Of a DNA stretch of 36,870 bases, positions 18,218 to 25,875 are shown in pieces. The stretch is taken from NCBI GenBank assembly GCA_021819805.1, contig JAKAEX010000001.1, positions 1 to 36,870 on the forward strand, written 5' to 3'. This DNA is from a bacterium (lineage in GTDB: Bacteria > Patescibacteriota > Patescibacteriia > Patescibacteriales > Patescibacteriaceae). The translations under genes were made by a program, and so were the position numbers. Within the stretch, counting starts at the first letter, position 1. Each line of letters starts with the position of its first letter. Below the pieces are notes generated by a model that saw only the letters and a program-made list of their open reading frames with translations, ran no database searches and was not told the origin of the DNA.

Positions 18218-19267
18218 TTAAATTAGTTTGTCCAAGAGGAAAAAAGATAAGCCCAAAACAGCGCTAACACCGGCGATAACCCAAAAACGCATAACCACTT
18301 TAGGCTCGCTCCAGCCCAGAGCTTCAAAATGATGATGAATCGGCGTTGAGAGAAAAACTTTTTTATGCCGAAATTTTTTGGAAAACATCTGAATAATTAC
18401 CGACAATGATTCAATCACAAACACTAAGCCGATAATCGGCAAAAGCAAGGCGGTATTGGTAAGCATGGCAATGATGCCCAAAGTTACGCCCAAACTCATG
18501 GCGCCGGTATCGCCCATATAAAAACGAGCCGGATTAATGTTAAACCACAAGAAGGCCAAAAGCGCGCCAACAATAACTGCGCAGAAAACCGCCAAATCAT
18601 ATTTGCCTTGCATAAAACAAATAATGGCATAAGCCGAAAAACTGGTCAGCAAGACGCCGCCGGCCAAACCGTCCAAGCCGTCGGTTTCATTAACTGAGAA
18701 AGCTGTGGCGACGATGACAAAAATAAAAATTAGAATATAAGCCCAGCCCAAATTAAAATCGCCGACAAACGGCACATGAAAAATATCCCAATCTAATTTA
18801 AAGTAAAACCATAAAGCGCCCACAGCCGCGATCAGCGCGTAAACCAATAAGCGATGCCTGATTTTCAAACCACCGCCGCCCAAAACGCCTTTACCCCGCA
18901 CGTCCAGATAATCATCAAACAAGCCGACTAAGGCTGAAGCCACCAAAGCGCCCAAAGGCAAGAGCGTTTCGGTTCGGCTTAAAAAATTTAATTTACCCAA
19001 AAACGAACCGGGAAACAGCCAGGCTAAATAGAAAAAAAGCGAAGCAAAAATTAAAGTCGTCAACCAAATTAATAGGCCGCCCATGGTTGGCGTTCCGCTT
19101 TTTTTGGCGTGCAAGCCGGAAAAAACCGGCGTGGCGCCGCTGTTTCTAATTTGCTTGCCCATTTTATATTTATACAAAAAATTGGTTAAGAGCGGCGTCC
19201 AACCAATAGTGAAAATAAAAGCCAAGGTGGCTAAAAATAAAGTTTTAATAATGTAAAACTCCAGCAT
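18218..19267 (-). CDS. mraY: Phospho-N-acetylmuramoyl-pentapeptide transferase
   Basis: GTPTMGG, DDYLDV, NETDGLDGLAGG, FYMGDTGAMSLG and HHHFE motifs. Confidence 0.95.
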   Translation of the reverse strand: MLEFYIIKTLFLATLAFIFTIGWTPLLTNFLYKYKMGKQIRNSGATPVFSGLHAKKSGTPTMGGLLIWLTTLIFASLFFYLAWLFPGSFLGKLNFLSRTETLLPLGALVASALVGLFDDYLDVRGKGVLGGGGLKIRHRLLVYALIAAVGALWFYFKLDWDIFHVPFVGDFNLGWAYILIFIFVIVATAFSVNETDGLDGLAGGVLLTSFSAYAIICFMQGKYDLAVFCAVIVGALLAFLWFNINPARFYMGDTGAMSLGVTLGIIAMLTNTALLLPIIGLVFVIESLSVIIQMFSKKFRHKKVFLSTPIHHHFEALGWSEPKVVMRFWVIAGVSAVLGLSFFLLDKLI

Positions 19268-19276
19268 AATTTCAAG

Positions 19277-19738
19277 TTAAAATATTTTAACGAAATTAAC
19301 TAAATAAATTGAATACAAACCTAAGCCGACCAACAAATTAACCATCAAAGCCGAGACCAACATTAGATTGGCCAAAAAAGTGTCTTTTTTAAAAAATAAA
19401 AATGCCAGCCAGCCATTAAGCAAAAACAAAACCAAAGCGATTACCGGCAACCAAAAAACCTGCCCTCTCGGCGCCAAATAATCAATGCCGAAAGTAACAT
19501 TGTAGTGCAAAATCGCTAAGTCCTGTTTTAGGCCGCGCTGAATCAGCCAAGCTAAAAGCCACAACAATAAATTGACTATGCCGATTACCAGCCAATAAAA
19601 CTTGGCCGGTTTAAAAGCGAAGTAATCAGCCAAACTCTGGCCGACAGCCTCTTTTTTAAGCAAAAATCTGCCAAAAAATTTAGGGATTAAGTTTTTTACC
19701 ATATAATATAGTTTAACATATAATTTGGTTTTAGTCAT
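19277..19738 (-). CDS. Hypothetical polytopic membrane protein (about 4 TM)
   Basis: Hydrophobic helices (FYWLVIGIVNLLLWLLAWLI, VFWLPVIALVLFLLNGWLAFLFF, LMLVSALMVNLLVGLGLYSIYLV). An alternative start is the ATG at 19702 (MVKNLIP...). It sits 9 nt upstream of mraY. Confidence 0.55.
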   Translation of the reverse strand: MTKTKLYVKLYYMVKNLIPKFFGRFLLKKEAVGQSLADYFAFKPAKFYWLVIGIVNLLLWLLAWLIQRGLKQDLAILHYNVTFGIDYLAPRGQVFWLPVIALVLFLLNGWLAFLFFKKDTFLANLMLVSALMVNLLVGLGLYSIYLVNFVKIF

Positions 19739-19748
19739 CCGTAAAGTA

Positions 19749-19757
19749 TGTTATAAT
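19749..19757 (+). promoter_or_regulatory. Extended -10 promoter element TGTTATAAT for the PilB-like gene
   Basis: A perfect TGnTATAAT ends 10 nt before the ATG at 19768, with no SD in between. Confidence 0.45.
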
Positions 19758-19767
19758 ACATTACAAT

Positions 19768-20946
19768 ATGCTTGGCAACCTCAACCCTTTTAATAAGCCA
19801 ATAATTCTCAAAACTGTCAATAAACTGATTGCCTATGGCGTAGCTCAGGATGCTTCGGATATCCAATTGGAAATAATCCCCGACCAGAGCTTGGAAGCCA
19901 AATATAAGGTTTATGGCCAGTTTGCCGACAGCCTCTATTTTGATGCCAGCTTAGCCGCTGATGTTTTTGCCAAATTAAAACACTTGGCTGATTTAAGCCT
20001 AAAAGATTTTAGCGGCTCTTTTACCCTGGAATTGCCCGAGGGCCTTATTAAAGTTGAGGCCGCTTTGATTAAATCCGGCCGCGGTGAAATTATTAATTTA
20101 AAAATTAAGCCGCTGAAGCCGGAACTTTTCTTTCTGGATGAACTCGGCTTAAATCAAGATCAATTCAAATTAATCGAAACCAATTTGTGCGCCAAGGGTA
20201 TTAGCTTGATCAGCGGACCAAGTCGTGCGGGCAAAACCACCACCGCCTTGGCTTATCTGCTGGGCTGCAACTCCATCAATCTTAATTTATACAGTTTAAC
20301 CAACCAAGAACAAATTAAATTGCGCGGCATCAATCAGGTGGCGATTAAAAATAAAAACGCGCGCAGCTGGAACGAAGCTATATCGGCTGTGGCCAAACAA
20401 GACCCTGATATTATTTATCTGGATGAACCGCCCCTGGATATTGATTTCAAGCCCTTAGCCGCTCTCGCCTCCAGCCACAGCATCATTATCAGTCTGCAGG
20501 CTGCCAGCGCTTTTGAAGCTTTGAAAAAAATCGCCGCCACCAACCTTTACTCAGCCGCAGCCGAACCCAAGCTTAATTTGGTTATCAACCAGCGCTTGGC
20601 TCGCCGCCTCTGCCCTAACTGCTGTTTTAATTATCATCTTGATGCCAATATTTTTAACCAGCTGGCGCAAACTTTTGAAATTTTAGATCAAGATTTAATC
20701 GGCTTGGAATTATTTCACGCCCAAGGCTGCGCGCAGTGCGGCTATAGCGGCTACCTGGGACAAATTGGCTTGTTTGAGGTGGCAAAAATCGGCGCGGATT
20801 TAAACCGGCGCTTAAGCACTGATGGCGCCGACGCCAAAGCTCAAGACTTCCTGGACTCATCAATGAGTTTATCTTTAGCCGAAGATGGTTTCATCAAAGC
20901 CTTAAAAGGCCTAACCACGATTGAAGAATTAAAAAGAGTGATTTAA
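19768..20946 (+). CDS. Short PilB/GspE-family secretion ATPase homologue with partly degenerate catalytic boxes
   Basis: ASDIQLE (N2 domain), Walker A GPSRAGKTTT, GINQV, KQDPDII, and the C-terminal tetracysteine CPNCC...GCAQCGYSGY. The Asp box reads SLTNQEQ and the His box reads SSHSIIISLQAASA. Confidence 0.8.
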   Translation: MLGNLNPFNKPIILKTVNKLIAYGVAQDASDIQLEIIPDQSLEAKYKVYGQFADSLYFDASLAADVFAKLKHLADLSLKDFSGSFTLELPEGLIKVEAALIKSGRGEIINLKIKPLKPELFFLDELGLNQDQFKLIETNLCAKGISLISGPSRAGKTTTALAYLLGCNSINLNLYSLTNQEQIKLRGINQVAIKNKNARSWNEAISAVAKQDPDIIYLDEPPLDIDFKPLAALASSHSIIISLQAASAFEALKKIAATNLYSAAAEPKLNLVINQRLARRLCPNCCFNYHLDANIFNQLAQTFEILDQDLIGLELFHAQGCAQCGYSGYLGQIGLFEVAKIGADLNRRLSTDGADAKAQDFLDSSMSLSLAEDGFIKALKGLTTIEELKRVI

Positions 20947-21035
20947 ATATTTTCAATAAAACGGCTTCATCAAAGCGCTGCAGGGTTTAGTTATAGTGGA
21001 AGAACTGAAAAGAATAGTTTAAAAAAGCTCATAAG

Positions 21036-21076
21036 AAAAAGCCTGTATTGTTTTAATACAGGCTTTTTGTTTTTTA
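21036..21076. terminator. Bidirectional Rho-independent terminator between convergent genes
   Basis: Stem GCCTGTATT (21041-21049) pairs with AATACAGGC (21055-21063), flanked by AAAAA upstream and TTTTTGTTTTTT downstream. Confidence 0.7.
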
Positions 21077-21099
21077 AACTATTTAATTTAGACAGTAAA

Positions 21100-21579
21100 T
21101 TATTGGTATCTTGGTCCGGGAAGAACATTGGGTGCTGAAGGGCCGGTGTAGACCACCGTTTCGCTATCTGGATGCTTGGCAAAGAGATTAAGAGTCCAAA
21201 CCGGATAGCCATTACTCCTATTAACTCCGCCCATAATTCTATAGCCCGTCCATTTAACTTCGGGTTCAGCTCTAAGGATATCCTTTAAAAATTCTATTAC
21301 CGCTTCATCGCTGGCTTCTTTCAGCCAGTCTGCCAAACCGCCTTCGCCTGTTCCAGTGTGTTTTTTAAAGCACTGGCTCGCGTGTTCATAGTCTAAAGAC
21401 ATACATCTGTCATGATCAATCTGTATAAGCAGATCCATGTGCAGATTATAGGTGTTGGGGAAATTAAATTGGCGTAAAAGCATACAGCTCGCTTTGCCAA
21501 AAGAACCTAACTCATTTGGTCTATAAGGTTCGGCCTTATAAACTTCCAGAGTTTCATTTCGAATATTAACAAGCTTCAT
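21100..21579 (-). CDS. Hypothetical protein (159 aa), orphan
   Basis: The ATG at 21579 (MKLVNIRN...) has an AGGA RBS 8 nt upstream. The track's TTG start at 21609 is less likely. I recognise no motif. Confidence 0.55.
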   Translation of the reverse strand: MKLVNIRNETLEVYKAEPYRPNELGSFGKASCMLLRQFNFPNTYNLHMDLLIQIDHDRCMSLDYEHASQCFKKHTGTGEGGLADWLKEASDEAVIEFLKDILRAEPEVKWTGYRIMGGVNRSNGYPVWTLNLFAKHPDSETVVYTGPSAPNVLPGPRYQ

Positions 21580-21708
21580 TACTAATTCCTGCAAATTGTG
21601 AAAAAACAATTATTTCTATTTTTATAAAAAAGCATAAATAAGATAAAATGTCAACGATAAAACTAAAAAATAGCTATCTTTAGTTATTTTTATGTTACGG
21701 TTATTTTA

Positions 21709-22941
21709 TCAGTAAGCCGGAGCCATATCGCGGAACTTTTTAACAATGCCGGGCAGGTGTTTCATTAATTCATCCACGTCAGCTTTGGTATTCTCTTTAC
21801 CTAAAGTAAAACGAATAGCGCCGTGCGTATCCTCCACTTTAACACCCATGGCGGTTAACACGCGTGAAGCTTTTAAAGTGTTAGAAGCGCAAGCTGAACC
21901 GGTGGAAACGGCGATGCCGGCTGCCATATCCAAGGCCAAAAGAATTGACTCGCCTTCAGCGCCCAAAAAAGAAAAATGGGCATGCGCCGGCGTGGCATTG
22001 GCAAAATCAGTATTGCTAACAACCTCGGGGATTTCTTGTTTAATTCTTTCAACTAAATAATCTCTTAGCTCTTTAATATTTTGATTATTAATTTCCTGTT
22101 CTTGTTTAACCAATTCAATAGCCGCGCCCAAGCCGACAATGCCGGGCACGTTAAGAGTGCCGGAGCGCAAATTTTTCTCATGATGGCCGCCGCGAATTAA
22201 GGCGGTCAACGGCGTGCCTTTTTTAGCCGCTAACACCCCCACACCCTTGGGACCGTAAATTTTATGCGCCGATAAGGACAGCATATCAGCGTGCAAATAT
22301 TCCAAACTGCAGTTAAAAAAATTAACCGCTTGCGTGGCATCGGTATGAAAATAAATTAATTGCGGCTTGTCGCCTCGCTGGGCCACGCGCTGTTTTTCCC
22401 AGTCGGCCATTTTTTTCTCATTGATTTTTTTTATCAATTTGCCAATTTCCCTGACGGGCTGCAGACTGCCAACTTCGCTGTTGGCATACATCACGCTTAC
22501 TAAAACAGTTTGTTCGGTAATGGCTTTTTCCAATTCGCTTATATCTAAAATGCCATTAGCTTTAACCGGCAAATATGTAACTGTGGCCAAGTTATCTCGC
22601 TCCAATTCTTGGCAAGGTTCTAAAACAGCGTCGTGTTCAATAACCGTGGTAATAATATGCGGCTTAACAATATTTCTTAGCGTTAAGCCTTTAACTAAGC
22701 CTTTGATAGCCAAGTTGTTGGCTTCAGTCGCGCCGGCGGTAAAAACAATTTCCTCACGCTGACAAGCTAAAAAATCAGCCACTTGGCTGCGAGCCTGATC
22801 AACAGCCGCGGCCGCGCGCTGGCCAAAACTGTGAATAGATGAAGGATTGCCAAAAACATCGCTGAAATACGGCGACATTTTTGCCAACACCCGTTCGTCT
22901 AAAGGCGTAGTGGCGCTATGGTCAAAATATATTCCTTTCAT
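21709..22941 (-). CDS. iscS: Cysteine desulfurase (NifS/IscS class I)
   Basis: PLP lysine block SLSAHKIYGPKGVG and catalytic loop STGSACASN. The start is set at the ATG at 22941 (MKGIYFDHSATTP), because the longer track ORF overlaps the upstream nfu gene. Confidence 0.93.
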   Translation of the reverse strand: MKGIYFDHSATTPLDERVLAKMSPYFSDVFGNPSSIHSFGQRAAAAVDQARSQVADFLACQREEIVFTAGATEANNLAIKGLVKGLTLRNIVKPHIITTVIEHDAVLEPCQELERDNLATVTYLPVKANGILDISELEKAITEQTVLVSVMYANSEVGSLQPVREIGKLIKKINEKKMADWEKQRVAQRGDKPQLIYFHTDATQAVNFFNCSLEYLHADMLSLSAHKIYGPKGVGVLAAKKGTPLTALIRGGHHEKNLRSGTLNVPGIVGLGAAIELVKQEQEINNQNIKELRDYLVERIKQEIPEVVSNTDFANATPAHAHFSFLGAEGESILLALDMAAGIAVSTGSACASNTLKASRVLTAMGVKVEDTHGAIRFTLGKENTKADVDELMKHLPGIVKKFRDMAPAY

Positions 22942-22951
22942 ATATTTAAAA

Positions 22952-23185
22952 TTAGGCCGCTTCAACTGATTTAATTTCCGGCACATCTTCTTTAAGCTGA
23001 GTTTCAATGCCATCCTTTAAAGTATAAGCTGCCATCGGACAATGAGCGCAAACGCCAACCAAGCGAACTAAAGCCACGCCGGTTTTGTCATTAAAGCTCA
23101 CAAGTTCCACGTCGCCGCCATCAGCCTGCAGGCTTGGTCTGATTTTTTCCAAAGACGCTTGAATTTTGTCATTAATATTTAACAT
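22952..23185 (-). CDS. NifU C-terminal (Nfu-type) Fe-S cluster carrier domain protein
   Basis: LEKIRPSLQADGGDVELV...GVCAHCPMA contains the CxxC motif typical of the Nfu/NifU_C thioredoxin-like domain. Confidence 0.85.
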   Translation of the reverse strand: MLNINDKIQASLEKIRPSLQADGGDVELVSFNDKTGVALVRLVGVCAHCPMAAYTLKDGIETQLKEDVPEIKSVEAA

Positions 23186-23198
23186 AAGATTGTTGAGT

Positions 23199-23564
23199 TT
23201 ATTTATTTTCTTGATAAGATTTTATGGCGCTATGAAGCGCATCAACCCCTAACATTGAGCAATGCACTTTGACGGCCGGCAAACCGCCCAAATATTCCAC
23301 AACCTCGTCTTTAGTCATAGCCATGGCCTCAGCCAAGGTTTTGCCCTTAGCCATTTCGGTTAAAGCCGAAGAAACGGAAATAGCCGCAGCGCAACCCAAA
23401 GTTTCAAACTTGATATCGTCAATTTTGTCGTCTTTAATCTTTAAATAAATTTTCATAATATCACCGCAGACCGGATTGCCTTCCTGGCCGACAGCATCAG
23501 CATTATCAATGACGCCTTGATTGCGGGGATTTTTAAAATGGTCTAAAACTTTCTCGCTATACAT
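23199..23564 (-). CDS. iscU: Fe-S cluster assembly scaffold IscU/NifU N-terminal type
   Basis: Three ligand cysteines in canonical contexts: NPVCGDIM, LGCAAAI, KVHCSMLG. Confidence 0.9.
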   Translation of the reverse strand: MYSEKVLDHFKNPRNQGVIDNADAVGQEGNPVCGDIMKIYLKIKDDKIDDIKFETLGCAAAISVSSALTEMAKGKTLAEAMAMTKDEVVEYLGGLPAVKVHCSMLGVDALHSAIKSYQENK

Positions 23565-23565
23565 A

Positions 23566-23967
23566 TTATTTTATTAACTCTGCCAATTTTATCTTAGACA
23601 AAGTAGTCTTAATTGATTGATTAACCTTGGCCATAACCAGATTGACGCCGCAGGCGCAGCCGGCTTGGCAGTAAATTTTGCCATTTTTAGTAAAACAATG
23701 AAAGGCATTTAATTGTTCGCCAATGGCTTCAGTTACCATCAAAACAGAAATCAGCTTGGGACTCTTGGCCAATTGATAACCACCGCGCGCTCCTTGGACG
23801 CTTTTTACCAAACCGGCCTTTTTCAGGTCGGCAAAAATCGCCTCCAAATATTTGGCGGAAAGTTTTTCTTGTTTGGCAATGACAGCCAGCGACAGACTGT
23901 CTTGATTGGCTTTAGCCAAACAAAGCAAGGCGCGCAAGGCATAAGTGGTTTTGGTTGAAAATTTCAT
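23566..23967 (-). CDS. iscR: Rrf2-family transcriptional regulator (IscR-like)
   Basis: wHTH N-terminus (STKTTYALRALLCLA...IAKQEKLSAKYLEAIFADLKKAGLV...GARGGYQLA) and a Cys cluster (CFTKNGKIYCQAGCAC). It is the first gene of the ISC operon. Confidence 0.8.
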   Translation of the reverse strand: MKFSTKTTYALRALLCLAKANQDSLSLAVIAKQEKLSAKYLEAIFADLKKAGLVKSVQGARGGYQLAKSPKLISVLMVTEAIGEQLNAFHCFTKNGKIYCQAGCACGVNLVMAKVNQSIKTTLSKIKLAELIK

Positions 23968-23990
23968 ATCCTACTAATTTGATAGGATAT
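23966..23990 (-). promoter_or_regulatory. Candidate Rrf2/IscR operator (25-nt inverted repeat)
   Basis: The minus strand reads ATATCCTA-TCAAATTAG-TAGGATAT, with perfect 8-bp arms. It lies between the -10 box and the iscR ATG, and overlaps the ATG. Confidence 0.4.
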
Positions 23991-24019
23991 ACAATATCAT
24001 ATTAAAATAAAATCGTCAA
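23991..24019 (-). promoter_or_regulatory. Candidate sigma70-type promoter of the ISC operon
   Basis: On the minus strand: TTGACG (24014-24019), 17-nt spacer, TATTGT (23991-23996). Confidence 0.45.
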
Positions 24020-24024
24020 CAAAT

Positions 24025-24048
24025 AAAAAATGAGCTAAATTTAGCCCA
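24025..24048 (-). terminator. Weak hairpin terminator after the small membrane protein gene
   Basis: Imperfect stem around the palindrome GCTAAATTTAGC, followed on the minus strand by TTTTTTATTT. Confidence 0.3.
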
Positions 24049-24072
24049 TTTTTCTTTGAAAATTGAAAGGAG

Positions 24073-24291
24073 TTATTGAATAATGCTAATTTGTCCGGCT
24101 GGTAATTTTTTATTCTTGTCTCTTAAGCAGGCTATACTAATGATGACTGCAATAGCGCCAAGAACCAAAACCGACCAGCAAACGCCAACGCCGATTGATA
24201 ATACCATAACAAGCCAAAGCGGCCTGTTTTTGGTCTTAAAAACTACAAAAAATATGACGGCAAAAACAACCGCTACATACCAATACCACAT
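24073..24291 (-). CDS. Small membrane protein (72 aa, 2 TM), hypothetical
   Basis: The ATG at 24291 is preceded by a GGAG RBS (5-nt spacer). The product MWYWYVAVVFAVIFFVVF...LVMVLSIGVGVCWSVLVLGAIAVIISIACL has two hydrophobic helices. Confidence 0.5.
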   Translation of the reverse strand: MWYWYVAVVFAVIFFVVFKTKNRPLWLVMVLSIGVGVCWSVLVLGAIAVIISIACLRDKNKKLPAGQISIIQ

Positions 24292-24372
24292 ATGCACTCC
24301 TTTGTTGTAAAAGTTTAAAGAACTAAACCTCACATATAGACTTTTTAACACGGAATAGTTTGTCTGTCAATA

Positions 24373-24402
24373 TTGCTTTATCAGCTAAAATATAGCTAAA
24401 AT
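24373..24402 (+). promoter_or_regulatory. Candidate dnaB promoter (leaderless geometry)
   Basis: TTGCTT (24373-24378), 18-nt spacer, TAAAAT (24397-24402), then 6 nt to the ATG at 24409. No SD is present. Confidence 0.3.
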
Positions 24403-24404
24403 AT
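24383..24404 (+). repeat. Perfect tandem duplication of the 11-mer AGCTAAAATAT
   Basis: 24383-24393 and 24394-24404 are identical, which duplicates the -10-like TAAAAT. Confidence 0.9.
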
Positions 24405-24408
24405 AGTC

Positions 24409-25803
24409 ATGTCTGACACTCTCCAAGAAAAATTATCACCGCAAAATCTTGAGGCCGAACAATTCGTTTTAGGCGCTCTTTTGATTGATAAAAATGCGAT
24501 TATTAAAATCGCCGACATTGTTGAACCCTCAGATTTTTACAAAGATGCGCATGGTTTGATTTTTGCCGCCATGCTGGAGCTTTACGCCAAGCACGAACCG
24601 ATTGATATTCTGAGCTTGACCGATAAATTGGAAGAAAAAAATAAATTATCAGCCATCGGCGGCCGAGCTTACTTGGCGAATTTAGCCAATTCGGTTGGTA
24701 CCGCTTCCAACATTGAACACTATGCCACCATGATCCAGAAAAAAGCGACGTTGAGGCGCTTAATCAGCGCCGCCAGCGATATCGCTGAGCTGGGTTATAA
24801 CGAAGAGGAAGAGGTTGACCAGGTACTGGATACGGCCGAACAAAAATTATTCGGCGTTTCACAGAAATTTTTAAAACAAGGCTTTTCGCCGATTGACTCG
24901 CTTTTGGCCAGCGCCTTTGACCGCATTGATGATCTGCATAAACAAAGCGGCAAACTGCGCGGCTTAACCACCGGCTTTACTGATTTGGACAGACTCTTAG
25001 CCGGTTTGCAAAAATCCGATTTAATTATTTTGGCCGCTCGCCCATCAGTTGGTAAAACTTCTTTGGCTATGGATATCGCCCGCCAGGCGGCGGTTATTAA
25101 TAAAGTGCCGGTTGGTATTTTTTCTTTGGAAATGAGCAAGGAACAGCTGGTTGATAGAATGCTGTGCGCGCAGGCCGGCGTCAGTCTCTGGAAAATGCGC
25201 ACCGGCCAATTATCCGACAATGAAACCGATGATGATTTTTCCAAAATCGGCCAAGCCATGGGCGAACTGGCTGAAGCGCCGATTTATATTGATGATTCAG
25301 CCGGTTTAAATATCATGGAAATCCGTACCAAAGCTCGCCGCCTGCAAATGGAAAAAGGCTTAGGCTTAATTGTTATTGATTATTTGCAATTAATGGAAGG
25401 CCGCGGCCGCTACAAAGACAACCGCGTTCAAGAAGTTTCGGAAATCTCCCGCTCGCTGAAAATTATCGCTCGCGAACTTAATGTGCCGGTGGTAGCGCTG
25501 TCGCAGCTGTCTCGCGCCGTAGAACAGAACAAACCGGCCATTCCGAAATTATCACACTTGCGCGAATCCGGCTCAATCGAACAAGACGCCGACGTGGTTA
25601 TGTTTATTTATCGTAAAGGCGCCGACCGCAATTATCGCATTGAAGAATTGACGCCTGATGAAAAAACTTCAGCTGAGATTTATGTGGCCAAACATCGCAA
25701 CGGTCCGATCGGCACTGTTCATCTGCGATTTGAAGAAACCACTGTCAGCTTTAAAAATGACGCCGCCAAACTCGGTTTTGAAGAAGGACCGCCTGAATTT
25801 TAA
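24409..25803 (+). CDS. dnaB: Replicative DNA helicase DnaB
   Basis: PQNLEAEQFVLGALL N-terminus, Walker A ARPSVGKTS, Walker B LIVIDYLQLM, SQLSRAVE, ESGSIEQDADVV. No intein-sized insertion (464 aa). Confidence 0.95.
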   Translation: MSDTLQEKLSPQNLEAEQFVLGALLIDKNAIIKIADIVEPSDFYKDAHGLIFAAMLELYAKHEPIDILSLTDKLEEKNKLSAIGGRAYLANLANSVGTASNIEHYATMIQKKATLRRLISAASDIAELGYNEEEEVDQVLDTAEQKLFGVSQKFLKQGFSPIDSLLASAFDRIDDLHKQSGKLRGLTTGFTDLDRLLAGLQKSDLIILAARPSVGKTSLAMDIARQAAVINKVPVGIFSLEMSKEQLVDRMLCAQAGVSLWKMRTGQLSDNETDDDFSKIGQAMGELAEAPIYIDDSAGLNIMEIRTKARRLQMEKGLGLIVIDYLQLMEGRGRYKDNRVQEVSEISRSLKIIARELNVPVVALSQLSRAVEQNKPAIPKLSHLRESGSIEQDADVVMFIYRKGADRNYRIEELTPDEKTSAEIYVAKHRNGPIGTVHLRFEETTVSFKNDAAKLGFEEGPPEF

Positions 25804-25875
25804 ATTTAAAAGTTCTTTAATAAAGTGTTTTTAGAAGAAGTTAACTATTTTATCATTGTCTTTGGGGGGAAAATA

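Noticed and set aside
20991-21212. 73-aa minus-strand ORF overlapping the bidirectional terminator and the 3' end of the 159-aa orphan gene.
   Set aside because: It runs through the terminator hairpin and overlaps the better-supported 21100-21579 gene out of frame. It has no RBS.
22942-23013. Longer 5' extensions offered by the track for the cysteine desulfurase gene (to 23013). The same issue applies to rplA (GTG 34892), the 21100 orphan (TTG 21609), the Zn-ribbon gene (GTG 25825), the 27076 TTG start and the 29378 TTG start.
   Set aside because: The extensions overlap upstream genes or regulatory hairpins and use non-ATG starts. Internal ATGs give canonical N-termini and/or have Shine-Dalgarno sites.
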